A stretch of DNA of 64,000 nucleotides from Spirochaetia bacterium (lineage in GTDB: Bacteria; Spirochaetota; Spirochaetia; SZUA-6; Bin103). Made by a program: the position numbers and the translations under genes. Shown one piece after another: positions 36,394 through 47,068 of the stretch; the first letter of the stretch is position 1, and each line of letters starts with the position of its first letter. The DNA lies in assembly GCA_965203515.1 (NCBI GenBank), contig OZ241907.1, positions 3,008,001-3,072,000 of the forward strand, read 5' to 3'. The notes below the pieces were generated by a model. That model searched no databases, was not told where the DNA came from, and saw only the letters and a program-made list of their open reading frames with translations.

Positions 36394-37631
36394 GCGAATA
36401 CCTCCATGCAGCGGCGGATCGCGCGCACGAGCGTGTCGATCTCCGCTTCCGTATTGTAGAACGCAAACGAGGCGCGCGCCGTCGCCGGCACGCCGAAGCG
36501 CCGCATCACCGGCTGCGCGCAGTGGTGGCCGGTACGGAGGGCGACCCCTACGCCGTCGGCGATGGTGCCGAGGTCGTGCGGATGGATGTCGCCGACCACG
36601 AAGGAGAGCACCGGCGCCTTGTCCGGCGCAGTGCCGATGACACGCGCGGCGCCGATCCCCTCCACCGCCTCTGTGGCGGCGCGCAGCAGGCGCCGCTCGC
36701 GCTCCTCGATCCAGGCGAAGCCGAGCCCGCGCACGTAATCGACCGCTGCCCCCAGACCGATGACGCCGGCGATGTTGGGCGTGCCGGCTTCAAGCCGGTT
36801 GGGCAGCTCCGCGTACGTGCTCTCCTCGAACGTGACCGAGCGGATCATGTCGCCGCCGCCGGTCACCGGGGGCATGCCCTCCAGCACCTCGCGCCGCCCG
36901 TAGAGCACGCCCACGCCGGTCGGGCCGTACAGCTTGTGGCCGGAGAACGCCAGAAAGTCGCAGTCCAGCGCCTGCACGTCGAGCGGCGCATGCGCGACCG
37001 CCTGCGCGGCGTCGACCAACACCGCGGCGCCGCGCTCGCGGGCCGCGGCCGCCAGGTCGGCGACCGGATTGATCGTGCCCAGGGCGTTGGAGGCGAGCGT
37101 GACGGCGAGCAGCCGCGTGCGCGGCGACAGCACCCGCTCCACCGCCGGCAGATCCAGCGTGCCGTCTTCCAGGATCGGCAGCACCCGCAGCACGCAACCG
37201 CGACGTCGGCATGCCATCTGCCACGGCACGATGTTGGAGTGATGCTCCATCTCGGTCACGACGATCTCGTCGCCGGCGCCGAGATGGGTGTCGCCCCAGC
37301 TCTGCGCGACCAGGTTGATCGAGGCGGTCGTGCCGGAGGTGAAGATGATCTCCCGCGGGTCGCTCGCTCCGATCAGACCGCGCACCAGTTCGCGCGTGGC
37401 CTCGTACCGCTCGGTGGCGCACTGGCTCAGGTAGTGGACGCCGCGGTGAATGTTGGCCACCTCCTCCCGGTAGTGATCGGCGACCGCCTCGATCACCGGC
37501 CGGGGTTTGAGGGTGGTCGCCGCGTTGTCGAGATAGGCGAGCGGCCGGCCGTGGACCAGCCGGTCCAACATGGGGAAGTCGCCGCGCACGGCGGTCAGGG
37601 AGACCGGCGGACGATCGACCGCGGCCTGCAT
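36390..37631 (-). CDS. sufS: Cysteine desulfurase, SufS type
   Basis: ATG 37631; YLDNAATT, ANIHRG, EHHSNIVPW, DAAQ, FSGHKLYGPTG, RTGHHCAQP. Confidence 0.95.
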   Translation of the reverse strand: MQAAVDRPPVSLTAVRGDFPMLDRLVHGRPLAYLDNAATTLKPRPVIEAVADHYREEVANIHRGVHYLSQCATERYEATRELVRGLIGASDPREIIFTSGTTASINLVAQSWGDTHLGAGDEIVVTEMEHHSNIVPWQMACRRRGCVLRVLPILEDGTLDLPAVERVLSPRTRLLAVTLASNALGTINPVADLAAAARERGAAVLVDAAQAVAHAPLDVQALDCDFLAFSGHKLYGPTGVGVLYGRREVLEGMPPVTGGGDMIRSVTFEESTYAELPNRLEAGTPNIAGVIGLGAAVDYVRGLGFAWIEERERRLLRAATEAVEGIGAARVIGTAPDKAPVLSFVVGDIHPHDLGTIADGVGVALRTGHHCAQPVMRRFGVPATARASFAFYNTEAEIDTLVRAIRRCMEVFA

Positions 37632-38887
37632 CACGCGGCTTCCAGCGATGCCAGGCCGCGGTCGACGTGCGCCTGCAGGAACGCCCCGACCTCCGGGCCC
37701 TCGAGCCTGCGGCCCACTTCGTCCAGGAAGCCGCGCACCAGCATGGCGGTCGCCCGGCCGGGCGGGATGCCGCGGCTCTGCAGGTAGTGGAGCTGCTCCG
37801 GGGCGAGCGGTCCTGCGGTGGCGCCGTGCGTGCACCGTACCTGATCGGCGCCGATGCGGAGCTGCGGCCGCGCGTCCGCGCGCGCCGTCGGGTCGAGCAG
37901 CAGCGCCTTGCTCAGTTGGAAGGCGTCGGCGCCCTGCGCGGCGCGGTCGACCTCGATCGTGCCCTGGAAGGCGGAGCGCGCCCCGTCGAACAACGCGGCC
38001 TTGAAGAGTTGATCGCTCGCGCAGTCGGGCGCCCGATGCTGCACGCAGGTGTGTATCGCGCCGTGGGCGGCGCCGGACAGCACGGCGGCGCCGCCCAGCC
38101 GGGCGCGCGCGCCGCCGGCGAGCAGCGCGACCGTCACTTCGGTCCGGTCGATCGCCATCCCGCCGCCGACCAGCACCAGGTCGAGCTCGGCGCCGGCGCT
38201 CACGGCGGCCCGCAACGAGCCGAATCCGAACGCCTGCGGATCGTCCGCCGCCAGCCGGTAGTAGCGCAGCGCGGCGCCCGGCGCGATCACCAGATCGGCG
38301 GCCGACACGTCCAGCGCGGCGGCCGGTTCATGCAGCGCAGCGCCGGCGCCATCGCCATCCATCGGTTCCCAGCGCTCCACCACCGTGGCGCGCGCCCCGC
38401 GCGCCAGCTCCACGCGGACCGTGTCGGCGTACAGCGCCCCGCCGCCGGCGCGCGGGCGCCGGCGATGCACGATCTCGATGAAGCGCGGCCGGTCCGCCGC
38501 CACGGCTGCGACGAAGCCGAAGTCGGCGAACGCCTGGTTGATGGCGGTGAAGGCGTGCCGGGGATAGTCGGCGACCGCGCTCCGCAACGGCTGCCGGGCG
38601 GCCGCCAGCGGCCGCCAGCCGCCGGCGGAGGCGGCGGGTCCGCCGGCGCACTCCCAGCCGGCGCACTCCCAGCCGGCGGGCTGGAACCGTTGGGCCAGCA
38701 GCGGCCGCACGTTGGTGTAGGTCCACGCCTCGTCGCGCGCGAGCGGCAGGCCGTGCGCGGCCAAGCGCTCGCGGCCCGCCGCGCGCAGCGCCCGCAGCCA
38801 GGGCGGCCCGCCGCGCGCGGCGTCGAAGCGGCGGGCGCGCTCGACCAGGTCCGCGGTCCAGGCGCGCGCCTGCTCGGCGACGGTCAC
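37631..38887 (-). CDS. sufD: Fe-S assembly protein SufD
   Basis: EAWTYT, SDQLFKA, FQGTI, ARPQLRIGADQVRCTHGAT, YLQSRGI; operon position. Confidence 0.88.
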   Translation of the reverse strand: MTVAEQARAWTADLVERARRFDAARGGPPWLRALRAAGRERLAAHGLPLARDEAWTYTNVRPLLAQRFQPAGWECAGWECAGGPAASAGGWRPLAAARQPLRSAVADYPRHAFTAINQAFADFGFVAAVAADRPRFIEIVHRRRPRAGGGALYADTVRVELARGARATVVERWEPMDGDGAGAALHEPAAALDVSAADLVIAPGAALRYYRLAADDPQAFGFGSLRAAVSAGAELDLVLVGGGMAIDRTEVTVALLAGGARARLGGAAVLSGAAHGAIHTCVQHRAPDCASDQLFKAALFDGARSAFQGTIEVDRAAQGADAFQLSKALLLDPTARADARPQLRIGADQVRCTHGATAGPLAPEQLHYLQSRGIPPGRATAMLVRGFLDEVGRRLEGPEVGAFLQAHVDRGLASLEAA

Positions 38888-39681
38888 GTCGGCGCAGTCC
38901 CGGCCGGCGCACTCCTGACCGACTCGACCGGAGCGGTCAGCCAGTCGTAGCCGCGCCGCTCCACCTCGCGCGCCAGCTCCGCGCCGCCCGAACGGACGAT
39001 GCAGCCGCCCGACAGGACGTGCACCCGGTCGGGAGTGATGTAGTCGAGCAGTCGCTGGTAGTGGGTGATCAGCACGATCGCGTTCTGCTCGGTGCGCAAC
39101 GTCTCGATGCTTTCGGCCACCGCGCGCAACGAGTCGATGTCGAGCCCGGAGTCGGTCTCATCCAGGATCGCTAGGCGGGGCGACAGCACCGCCATCTGCA
39201 GAATCTCGTTGCGCTTCTTCTCACCCCCGGAGAAGTCGACGTTGAGGTCGCGGTCGACAAAGCTCTCGTCGATGCCGACCGAGCGCGCCTTCTCGCGCAG
39301 GAACCGGTCGAAGTCGTACGGGTCGAGCTCCGGCAGGCCGTTGTGGCGGCTGATTTCGTTGTACGCGGCGCGCAGGAAGACCGCGTTGGAGACGCCCGGA
39401 ATCTCGATCGGGTACTGGAAGCTGATGAAGAGCCCCTCGCGGGCGCGCTCGTCCGCATCCATCGCCGACAGGTCACGCGGGCGCAGGTTGATCTCATACT
39501 GCAGGGTGCCGGCCGTGATCCGATAGTCGGGGTGGCCGCCGATCACCCGCGCCAGGGTGCTCTTGCCGGAGCCGTTGGGCCCCATGATCGCGTGCACCTC
39601 GCCGGCGCCTACGTCCAGGTCGACGCCGTGCAGGATCGGCGTATCGCCGATGGCGGCGGCCAGACCGCGTACGGCAAGCAT
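38884..39681 (-). CDS. sufC: Fe-S assembly ATPase SufC
   Basis: ATG 39681; HAIMGPNGSGKSTL, FQYPIEIPGV, FSGGEKKRNEILQ, LDETDSGLDID, ITHYQRLL. Confidence 0.95.
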   Translation of the reverse strand: MLAVRGLAAAIGDTPILHGVDLDVGAGEVHAIMGPNGSGKSTLARVIGGHPDYRITAGTLQYEINLRPRDLSAMDADERAREGLFISFQYPIEIPGVSNAVFLRAAYNEISRHNGLPELDPYDFDRFLREKARSVGIDESFVDRDLNVDFSGGEKKRNEILQMAVLSPRLAILDETDSGLDIDSLRAVAESIETLRTEQNAIVLITHYQRLLDYITPDRVHVLSGGCIVRSGGAELAREVERRGYDWLTAPVESVRSAPAGTAPT

Positions 39682-41120
39682 CAGCCTACGCTCCCTTCGA
39701 GCTTCATCTCCAACAGCTTGACCGCCTCTACCGAGAACTCCAGCGGCAGCTTGCGGAACACCTCCTTGCAGAAGCCGTTGATCAGCAGCGAGAGGGCGCC
39801 TTCGGTATCGATGCCGCGGGTCGCCAGGTAGAAGAGCTGATCGGCGCCGATCTTGGAGGTAGACGCTTCGTGCTCGACCGTGGCGGTCGGGTTGCGCACC
39901 TCGATCGACGGGAAGGTGTTGGCCACGCACCGGTCGCCGACCAGCATCGAGTCGCACTGCGTGAAGTTGCGCGCCCCGTCGGCGCCGGGCTGGATGCGCA
40001 CCTGGCCGCGGTAGCTGTTGATCGATCGATCGGCGGAGATGCCCTTGGAGACGATCGTGCTGGTGGTGCGCGGCCCGACGTGGATCATCTTGGTGCCGGT
40101 ATCGGCCTGCATCCGGTTGTTGGTGAGCGCGACCGAATAGAACTCGCCGACCGACTCGGCGCCGGAGAGGATCACGCTGGGGTACTTCCAGGTGATGGCG
40201 GCGCCGGCCTCCACCTGCGTCCACGACACCTTGGAACGCCGGCCCACGCAACGGCCGCGCTTGGTGACGAAGTTGTAGATGCCGCCGCGCCCCGCCGCGT
40301 CGCCGGCGTACCAGTTCTGCACGGTCGAGTAGTTCACGGTCGCCTCGTCGAGCGCGACGATCTCCACGACCGCGGCGTGGAGCTGGTTCCGGTCACGCAT
40401 CGGGGCGGTGCAGCCCTCGACGTAATTCACCGAGCTGCCCTCCTCGGCGATGAGCAGCGTGCGCTCGAACTGTCCGGTCTCGGCAGCGTTGATGCGGAAG
40501 TAGGTCGACAGATCGATCGGGCACTGCACGCCGCGCGGGACGTAGCAGAACGAGCCGTCCGTGAAGACCGCCGAGTTGAGCGCCGCAAAGTAGTTGTCCG
40601 CCGGCGGCACTACCGAGCCCAGGTAGCGCTCGACCAGTTCCGGGTACTGCTGCACCGCCTCTCCCATCGAGCAGAACACGATCCCCAGCTCCGCGAGCCG
40701 TTCCTGGTTGGTGGTGCCGACCGATACCGAATCGAAGACGGCGTCGATCGCCACGCCCATCAGCCGCTTCTGCTCCAGCAGGGGGATGCCGAGCCGTTCG
40801 AAGGTGGCGATCACCTCCGGGTCGACCTCCTCCAGCGTGCCGGGGCCTTCGCCCACCCGCTTGGGGGCCGAGTAGTAGCGGATGTCCTGGTAGTCGATCT
40901 CCGGGTAGTCGACGAAGCGCCACCACGGTTCCTCCATCGCCTGCCACCGCTCGAGGGCTTTCAGCCGGAAGTCGAGCATGAAGGCCGGCTCGTCCTTCTT
41001 TTCCGAGATCAGCCGCACCGTATCGGCCGACAGCCCCTTGGGGACCTCATCGGTCTCTACGTCGGTATGGAAGCCGGCCTGGTACTCGGTGCTCTGCTGT
41101 CGGTGCGCTACGATTTCCAT
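39681..41120 (-). CDS. sufB: Fe-S assembly protein SufB
   Basis: ATG 41120 with [53 protein letters not shown]. Confidence 0.95.
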   Translation of the reverse strand: MEIVAHRQQSTEYQAGFHTDVETDEVPKGLSADTVRLISEKKDEPAFMLDFRLKALERWQAMEEPWWRFVDYPEIDYQDIRYYSAPKRVGEGPGTLEEVDPEVIATFERLGIPLLEQKRLMGVAIDAVFDSVSVGTTNQERLAELGIVFCSMGEAVQQYPELVERYLGSVVPPADNYFAALNSAVFTDGSFCYVPRGVQCPIDLSTYFRINAAETGQFERTLLIAEEGSSVNYVEGCTAPMRDRNQLHAAVVEIVALDEATVNYSTVQNWYAGDAAGRGGIYNFVTKRGRCVGRRSKVSWTQVEAGAAITWKYPSVILSGAESVGEFYSVALTNNRMQADTGTKMIHVGPRTTSTIVSKGISADRSINSYRGQVRIQPGADGARNFTQCDSMLVGDRCVANTFPSIEVRNPTATVEHEASTSKIGADQLFYLATRGIDTEGALSLLINGFCKEVFRKLPLEFSVEAVKLLEMKLEGSVG

Positions 41121-41617
41121 GTGGTCTCCTGATTCAAGAGGCCCATGGCTTCCTGGCTGCGGGTAAATCGCTCCCGTATCTCCCGCTCGTCGTCGTCCTC
41201 TTCGCTGGCCAGCAGATCGGCGACGGTCAGGCCGCGGTAGAGCCGCTCGACCCGCTTGGCCAGATTGACCACGGCCGAGATGATCGTGCAGGAGCCGGTG
41301 AGCTGGCACGCGCACCGGTCATCCATGCAGGTCGCGAACCGCATCGGGCCGACCAGCGCCTCGCTCAGGGCGTACAGCGAGAGCCGCTCCAGGTCGGCGC
41401 GCAGCCGGTAGCCGCCCTGAGCGCCCTGTTCGGAGACCAGCACGCCGAGCTGCGCCAGCCGCTGCAATACCTTGGACAACACGTCGAACGGCATCGGATG
41501 GACCCGGCACAGCTCACGGGCGGTGACCGGGCGGCCGGCGCCGGCGGTCGCGCCGACCATGCGCATGTGCTGCAGGGCCAGCAGCGCGTACTCCAGCTTG
41601 CGGTGAATCTTGAGCAA
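41108..41617 (-). CDS. Rrf2-family transcriptional regulator of the suf operon
   Basis: TTG 41617 with [36 protein letters not shown], Cys cluster C-x4-C-x-C-x5-C. Confidence 0.88.
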   Translation of the reverse strand: MLKIHRKLEYALLALQHMRMVGATAGAGRPVTARELCRVHPMPFDVLSKVLQRLAQLGVLVSEQGAQGGYRLRADLERLSLYALSEALVGPMRFATCMDDRCACQLTGSCTIISAVVNLAKRVERLYRGLTVADLLASEEDDDEREIRERFTRSQEAMGLLNQETTWKS

Positions 41618-41744
41618 ATAGGACCTCTTGAGTCTTATTTGCCAAGATACGGCCCGGCCGGGCCGCAGGTCAACCGCCGGCCGTCCGCCGGGGCTTCCAA
41701 AGGCGCCGGTTGCGCCGCCGCGGCGCTCCCCCCTACCGTGGCGC

Positions 41745-42791
41745 ATGGCAACGACAGGCGATCGGCTCCGGTTCACCGCCGCGGCGGCCCTGTGTCTGGC
41801 CTCCCTTCCGTGGCCGGCAGCGGGCGATGCGAACGGTTCGCCGCGAGCGTGCACGGACGGCGCGCGTGAGCTTCGGCTGGGATTCTACGCCTTCTTCGCG
41901 CCGGTCAGCTACAGCGCGGACGAAGACCCGGAGTCGCCGGGCTTCGACACCCACCTGGGCTTCGAGGCCGATCTGCTGAACGCCCTCGAAGCGATGCGGA
42001 ACACCGGCCTCTCCTTTTCCCGCCGCGGCATCGCGCCGTGGGACGACATCTGGCTCCGGCCGGCCGGCCCGGAGTACGACGTCGTCAGCGGCGGCATCAC
42101 CATCCTCGACTCGCGGACGCGCGACGCCGACGGCCGGCAGGTCATCGCCTTCTCGACCGGCTACGTCGCCTTCCGGCAGAGCCTGCTGGTGCGCGCCGAA
42201 GACGCCGGCCGCCTGGCCGATTACGACCGGCTGACCGACGACGTCACCGCCGGCGTCCTGGCCAACACCACCGGCGAAGCGCGCCTGCTGCAGCTGACCG
42301 GATTGACCGGCGAGGACGGGACGCTGGCGGCGGGGGTACGGGTCGAGACGCCGGCCGGCACCGTGGTCGCGGACGGCAGCGCCGAGTACTTCATCAGCTC
42401 CGCCGGCGAGTCGCCGCTGCTGGCCAAGCGGCTCCGCCTGCACCCGCCGTCCGGCGGCGCGCCGCGGATCGTCTACCTCGGCGACGACCTGGGCGAACGG
42501 GAACTGATCGCCGCGCTCCGCGACGGCCGGATCGACGCGATCGCGCGGGGAGAGATCGGCAACAGCGACGCCGCGCACGACTCCGGCGGCGGCCTGGTGG
42601 TCGCGGCCCTGGACGATCGGGTCGAGTGGGGCGGCATGGCGCTGCCCGCCGCCGATGCCGAGCTGATCGCCTGTCTCGATGAACGGATCGATTGGCTCAC
42701 GGACCGGCGGAAGGTCGGATACGCCGAGTGGCGCGCCGACCCCGCCGTGTTCATGCGCCGCGCCGCGGCCTGGAACGCCCGCATCCCGTAA
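41745..42791 (+). CDS. Family-3-like ABC substrate-binding protein
   Basis: Signal-like N-terminus; FAPVSY, GFEADLL, DVVSGGITI, ALRDGRIDAIA. Confidence 0.7.
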   Translation: MATTGDRLRFTAAAALCLASLPWPAAGDANGSPRACTDGARELRLGFYAFFAPVSYSADEDPESPGFDTHLGFEADLLNALEAMRNTGLSFSRRGIAPWDDIWLRPAGPEYDVVSGGITILDSRTRDADGRQVIAFSTGYVAFRQSLLVRAEDAGRLADYDRLTDDVTAGVLANTTGEARLLQLTGLTGEDGTLAAGVRVETPAGTVVADGSAEYFISSAGESPLLAKRLRLHPPSGGAPRIVYLGDDLGERELIAALRDGRIDAIARGEIGNSDAAHDSGGGLVVAALDDRVEWGGMALPAADAELIACLDERIDWLTDRRKVGYAEWRADPAVFMRRAAAWNARIP

Positions 42792-42812
42792 GCCCACACG
42801 GAGCCCGCAATG

Positions 42813-42842
42813 AAAAAGGCCGCCGCACGGGCGACGGCCTTC
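42813..42842 (-). terminator. Intrinsic terminator for the 42902-43567 gene
   Basis: Minus strand AAGGCCGTCGC-CCGT-GCGGCGGCC-TTTTT. Confidence 0.75.
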
Positions 42843-42901
42843 GATAGATCCTGCAGCGGCGCCCGCGTGAGCGGGTCCGCTCGGATCGGGGAGCGATCCC
42901 C

Positions 42902-43567
42902 TTACATCCCCATGTCGATGGGGTGGGCGGAGAAGTTGCCGAAGCTGGCCGCCGCCGAGCTGGTGCCGACGCCGATCATGTTGTGGCCATCTTCCTCCAG
43001 CGATCGACCCAGCGTGAACGTCCACCACGTGACGTCGTCGAACGGGTCCTTGACCCACACGTTTCCATTGCTGGAATCGATGCGGATGCGCACGTGCAAC
43101 GGCGTGCTCATCACCGTCGACGCCGTGATGCCGGCGATCATCGACGCCGGGATTTCCCTGCTGTAGGTGACGCCGCCGTACTCGTGAATCTCACCGCTTT
43201 CGTTGTACACCTGCGCGTGCAACCCCGAACCGCCCAGGTTCTCGGGGTCCCATACCAGACCCATGACGAAGCCGGGCACGATGGCGCCGAAGGCGATGGC
43301 GTTGTCCTCCAGCCCGCCGAGGTAGGAGACATCGAAGGAGTACTCGGCCTTGCCCTGAATGCCGGCCGGCACCATGGCGCCGGCTACCCAGGCGTCGGCG
43401 TCGGTCTGCGCCAGCCGGCCGTCGATCTCCTGCCACGCGCCGCCGTCGGTGTAGACGCCGACGCCCATGTACATGACGTTCGCGCCCATCATGTCGTCGT
43501 CCATCTGCGCGAACGAGAATGAAGCCACCAGGGCTCCGAGTACCAAGATCGTCACTACGCGTTTCAC
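42902..43567 (-). CDS. Secreted hypothetical protein (acidic, beta-rich)
   Basis: GTG start with GAGG upstream; signal peptide MKRVVTILVLGALVASFSFA; own terminator. Confidence 0.7.
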   Translation of the reverse strand: MKRVVTILVLGALVASFSFAQMDDDMMGANVMYMGVGVYTDGGAWQEIDGRLAQTDADAWVAGAMVPAGIQGKAEYSFDVSYLGGLEDNAIAFGAIVPGFVMGLVWDPENLGGSGLHAQVYNESGEIHEYGGVTYSREIPASMIAGITASTVMSTPLHVRIRIDSSNGNVWVKDPFDDVTWWTFTLGRSLEEDGHNMIGVGTSSAAASFGNFSAHPIDMGM

Positions 43568-43687
43568 GTTAGCTTGTACCTCTCTTGTTTTGGGAGTTGC
43601 GGCCGATCATACCGATGCCGGCAAGCCGGTGCAACCGGTCGCCGGTGATCTTGACGGCGAAGGCGGCGGGTACGACAGTGACGCTCC

Positions 43688-44755
43688 ATGGAGCGGCGGC
43701 TGGCGCGGATCGAAGCGGTGCTGTTCGATGCCCTCGCCCTCCTGGAGCCGGGCCCGCACCGGCCGGCGCTCACCTCCGATCGGGGAGCGCAGATCGTGGC
43801 GCCGGCCCGCCGTCTGATGGAGCGGGGCGGCAAGCGCTGGCGCGCCCTGTTCATGCAGCTCTCCTGCGAGATGCACGGCGGCGGCGACCGCGCGTTGCCG
43901 CTTACCCCGCTGGTGGAGCTCACGCACGCCGGCAGCCTGATCATCGACGACATAGAGGACGGGGCGCGCACGCGCCGCGGCGGCCCGGCCGCGCACCTGG
44001 AGTTCGGCGTGGACCTGGCCGTGAACGCCGGCAACCTGGCCTATTTCCTTCCCACGAAGATACTCGACCCGCCGCCGGAAGGCTCGACGACGCTCGCTGC
44101 GGCCGAAGCGTTGCGCGTGTACCGCATGTACGCCGCCACCATGCGCAAGCTGCACTACGGACAGGGGCTGGACATTCTCTGGCATCGGCCGGGAGCGGTC
44201 TCTCCGAGCGAGGCCGACTATCTGTCGATGTGCCGGCTGAAGTCGGGCAGCCTGGCCGGATTGGCGCTGGGGCTCGGAGCGGCTCTGGGCGGCGCCGAGG
44301 CGGCGGTCGTGACCTCGCTGGTCACCATCGGCGAGCGTTTCGGCGCCTCCTTTCAGATCATCGACGACGTCATCAACCTGGAGCGCGGCAACCCCGGCAA
44401 GGACCGCGGAGACGATCTGATCGAAGGCAAGAAGAGCCTGCCGGTCATCCTGCATCGGGAGCGCGGCGGCCCGGCCGAGCTGTGGGAATTGCTGGCCGGC
44501 ATCCAGAACCGGCCGATCGACCAGGTGCGGGCGCAGATCGACCGGGCCATCGCCCTGCTGCAGAGCAGCGGCAGCCTGCAGGACGCCCGCCGGCTCGCGA
44601 CCGGGCTCTACCGGCGGACGCGGTCCGAGCTCGCCGCGCTCGCTCCCCGCGGCGAACCGGCGCAGCGGCTGCTGGATACGGCCGACGCGCTCATCGGCGC
44701 CGGGCGGGGACGGCGCCGGGCGGGGACGACGCCGGGCGGGACGACGCCGGTTTGA
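43688..44755 (+). CDS. Polyprenyl diphosphate synthase family protein
   Basis: GGKRWR, HAGSLIIDDIED...RRG, GQGLD, FQIIDD, DLIEGKKSLP. Confidence 0.9.
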   Translation: MERRLARIEAVLFDALALLEPGPHRPALTSDRGAQIVAPARRLMERGGKRWRALFMQLSCEMHGGGDRALPLTPLVELTHAGSLIIDDIEDGARTRRGGPAAHLEFGVDLAVNAGNLAYFLPTKILDPPPEGSTTLAAAEALRVYRMYAATMRKLHYGQGLDILWHRPGAVSPSEADYLSMCRLKSGSLAGLALGLGAALGGAEAAVVTSLVTIGERFGASFQIIDDVINLERGNPGKDRGDDLIEGKKSLPVILHRERGGPAELWELLAGIQNRPIDQVRAQIDRAIALLQSSGSLQDARRLATGLYRRTRSELAALAPRGEPAQRLLDTADALIGAGRGRRRAGTTPGGTTPV

Positions 44756-44787
44756 CCCCGTTCGGCAGCCGGCGGTAGCTTTTCGGG

Positions 44788-45417
44788 GTGCGCGACCGCG
44801 GCATGCTCAGCCGGCCGTTCCCGTACCGGCAGTACAACGCGACCACGTGGTTGATCGGCGTCACCGTCGCCGTCTACTTCCTGGTCCTGGCCCTGCCGGC
44901 GTACGTGGACGCGGCGGTCCTGCGACCGCTGATGCTGGCGCGCGAAGGCGCCGTCTGGCAGCTCGTCACCTACCTGTTCCTGCACGGCGGCATGTTGCAC
45001 CTGATCTTCAACATGCTCATGCTGTTCCTGTTCGGATCGCCCGTGGAACGGGAGATCGGCAGTTCCGAGTTCCTGACCCTCTACTTGGCCTGCGGGGTGC
45101 TCGCCGGCCTGTTCAGCACGATCCTGGCGCTGCTGTCAGCCGCGCCGGTGGCGATCCTGGGCGCGTCGGGCGCCGTGTACGGGGTCATGCTGGCCTACGC
45201 GGTGCTCAATCCCCATCAGATCGTCACCTTCTGGTTCATTCCCATGCGTTCGACCACCATGGTGCTCATCCTGGGCGGACTGGCGCTGCTGTTCCAGGTG
45301 ACCGGGCAGCGCACGCACGTCGCCCACCTGACCCATCTGGGCGGGTTGCTGGCCGGCTACATCTACCTGCGCGTGCGGCTCGGCATCGATCCGCTCGACG
45401 CATTCCGGCGCCGGTGA
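44788..45417 (+). CDS. Rhomboid intramembrane serine protease
   Basis: WQLVTYLFLH, HLIFNM, GASG (catalytic Ser), AHLTHLGG. Confidence 0.9.
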   Translation: MRDRGMLSRPFPYRQYNATTWLIGVTVAVYFLVLALPAYVDAAVLRPLMLAREGAVWQLVTYLFLHGGMLHLIFNMLMLFLFGSPVEREIGSSEFLTLYLACGVLAGLFSTILALLSAAPVAILGASGAVYGVMLAYAVLNPHQIVTFWFIPMRSTTMVLILGGLALLFQVTGQRTHVAHLTHLGGLLAGYIYLRVRLGIDPLDAFRRR

Positions 45418-47068
45418 CCGCCGCAGCCGTCGATCGCCGCAGAACGGCCGGCGCGGCGGCCGTCGTGGTCCTGTCGGCCGCCGCGCTGCTCATCGCCGCC
45501 GTTCCTCCCGCGCTCGCCGCCGACGAGGCGGCCGCGCGCGAGCTGACCGTCGCCTACGCCGGCCGGCCGTCGGTCGCCTTCGACCCGCTGCACGCCTTCA
45601 CGCATACCGAGGCGCAGCTCTTCACGGCGCTGTCGGAGGGTCTGGTCTCCTACCACCCGGTCACCCTGGCCCCGGTCCCCGGCGTGGCGCACACCTGGCG
45701 CGTATCCGGCGACGGCCTCCGCTACCGGTTCCTCCTGCGCGACAACGCCCGCTTCTCCGACGGCACGCGCGTGGTGGCGGAGGACTTTCGGGCTTCGTGG
45801 ATGCGCGTCATCGATCCCGGCGAACAGGCGGAATACTCGCTGATGTTCGACGTGATCCGCGGCGTCGCCGACTACCGCGCGGGGATCACCGGCGACCAGG
45901 AGCAGGTCGGCATCCGCGCCATCTCGCCCGGCGAGCTGGAGGTGGTGCTGGAGCGGCCGGCGGAGCACTTTCTGAGCATGCTGGCGCACCACGCCTTCGC
46001 CCCGGTCTACCCGGCCTACCGCGCGCAGGTCGGGTGGGAGCGGCAGGCGCCGATCATCGGCAACGGTCCGTTCCGGCTGGCCGAGTGGCAGGCAGGGGGG
46101 GGGGGGGGGGGGAGCTGGTCTTCGAGCGCAATCCGCACTACTGGGCGCGGTCGACGGTCGACCTGGACCGCGTCCGCATCCGCTTCATCGACGACCCGCG
46201 CGCCATCAACGCCGGCTTCCTGGCCGGCGACATCCATTGGGCCAACGACTTCGAGCTCTCGGATCAGATCCGGCCGTTCGTGGTCGCCAACCGGCTGTTC
46301 GGCACCACCTACTTCGTCTTCCGGTCGAGCGACCCGCCGTACGACGACGTGCGCGTGCGCCGCGCTCTGGCGCTGCTGGTGCCTTGGGAGACGGTGCGCA
46401 GCACCGAGCAGACATGGTACCCGACCAGCGCGCTGGTACCGCGGATGGCCGACTACCCGGCGGTAGAGGGGATCACCGCCGCGGATCCGCACACCGCCGG
46501 GCGCCTGCTCGAACAGGCCGGCTTCGCCGGCGGAGCCGGCCTGCCGCCGATCGTCATCAAGGTGGCGGGCTCCGGGTCGGCGGCGCAGTTGGCCCGGCTT
46601 CTGGAGCAGGCATGGGAGGCCGATCCGGGGGTCGACGTCACCGTCGCGCAGATGCGGGAGTACGGCGATTACCTGGCGGAGATCAAGGCCGGCGCGTTCA
46701 CCCTGACGATCGGCAGTTGGATCGGCGACTTCGCCGATCCGATCACCTTCCTGCAGATGTGGACCAGCGGGAGCAACCTCAACGACGCCGGCTACGCCTC
46801 CCGCGACTACGACCGGACGATAGATCGGGCGCTGGGGGCGACCGGCCTGGAGCGCCTGCAGCTACTCGCCGAGGCCGAGGCGTTGCTGCTGCAGGACGCG
46901 GTCATCCTGCCGGTCGACCACTCGGCCACCGTATCGCTCATCGACCTGCAGCGGATCGACGGCTGGACGCCCAACCTGCTCGACATCCACCCCTTCCGCT
47001 ACTTGGGCTTCCGGCGGGCGGACTTGCCCGCCGGGGTCGCCGCGGTACCGGAGCCGACGCCCGGCTGA
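45414..47068 (+). pseudogene. OppA-like peptide ABC substrate-binding protein, frameshifted at a G18 run (phase variation or sequencing artefact)
   Basis: GTG 45414; FDP...EGLV...PGVA..W..S.DG..YRF.LR..ARFSDG, GNGPF; frame changes at G18 (46095-46112), then ERNPHYW, VRRAL, WIGDFADPITFL. Confidence 0.82.
46095..46112. repeat. G18 homopolymer inside the oppA-like gene
   Basis: 18 consecutive G; 3n+1 G (for example 16 or 19) would be in frame. Confidence 0.9.

Noticed and set aside
35374..41617. suf operon as a novel system
   Set aside because: Ordinary Rrf2-sufBCDSU plus nfu arrangement
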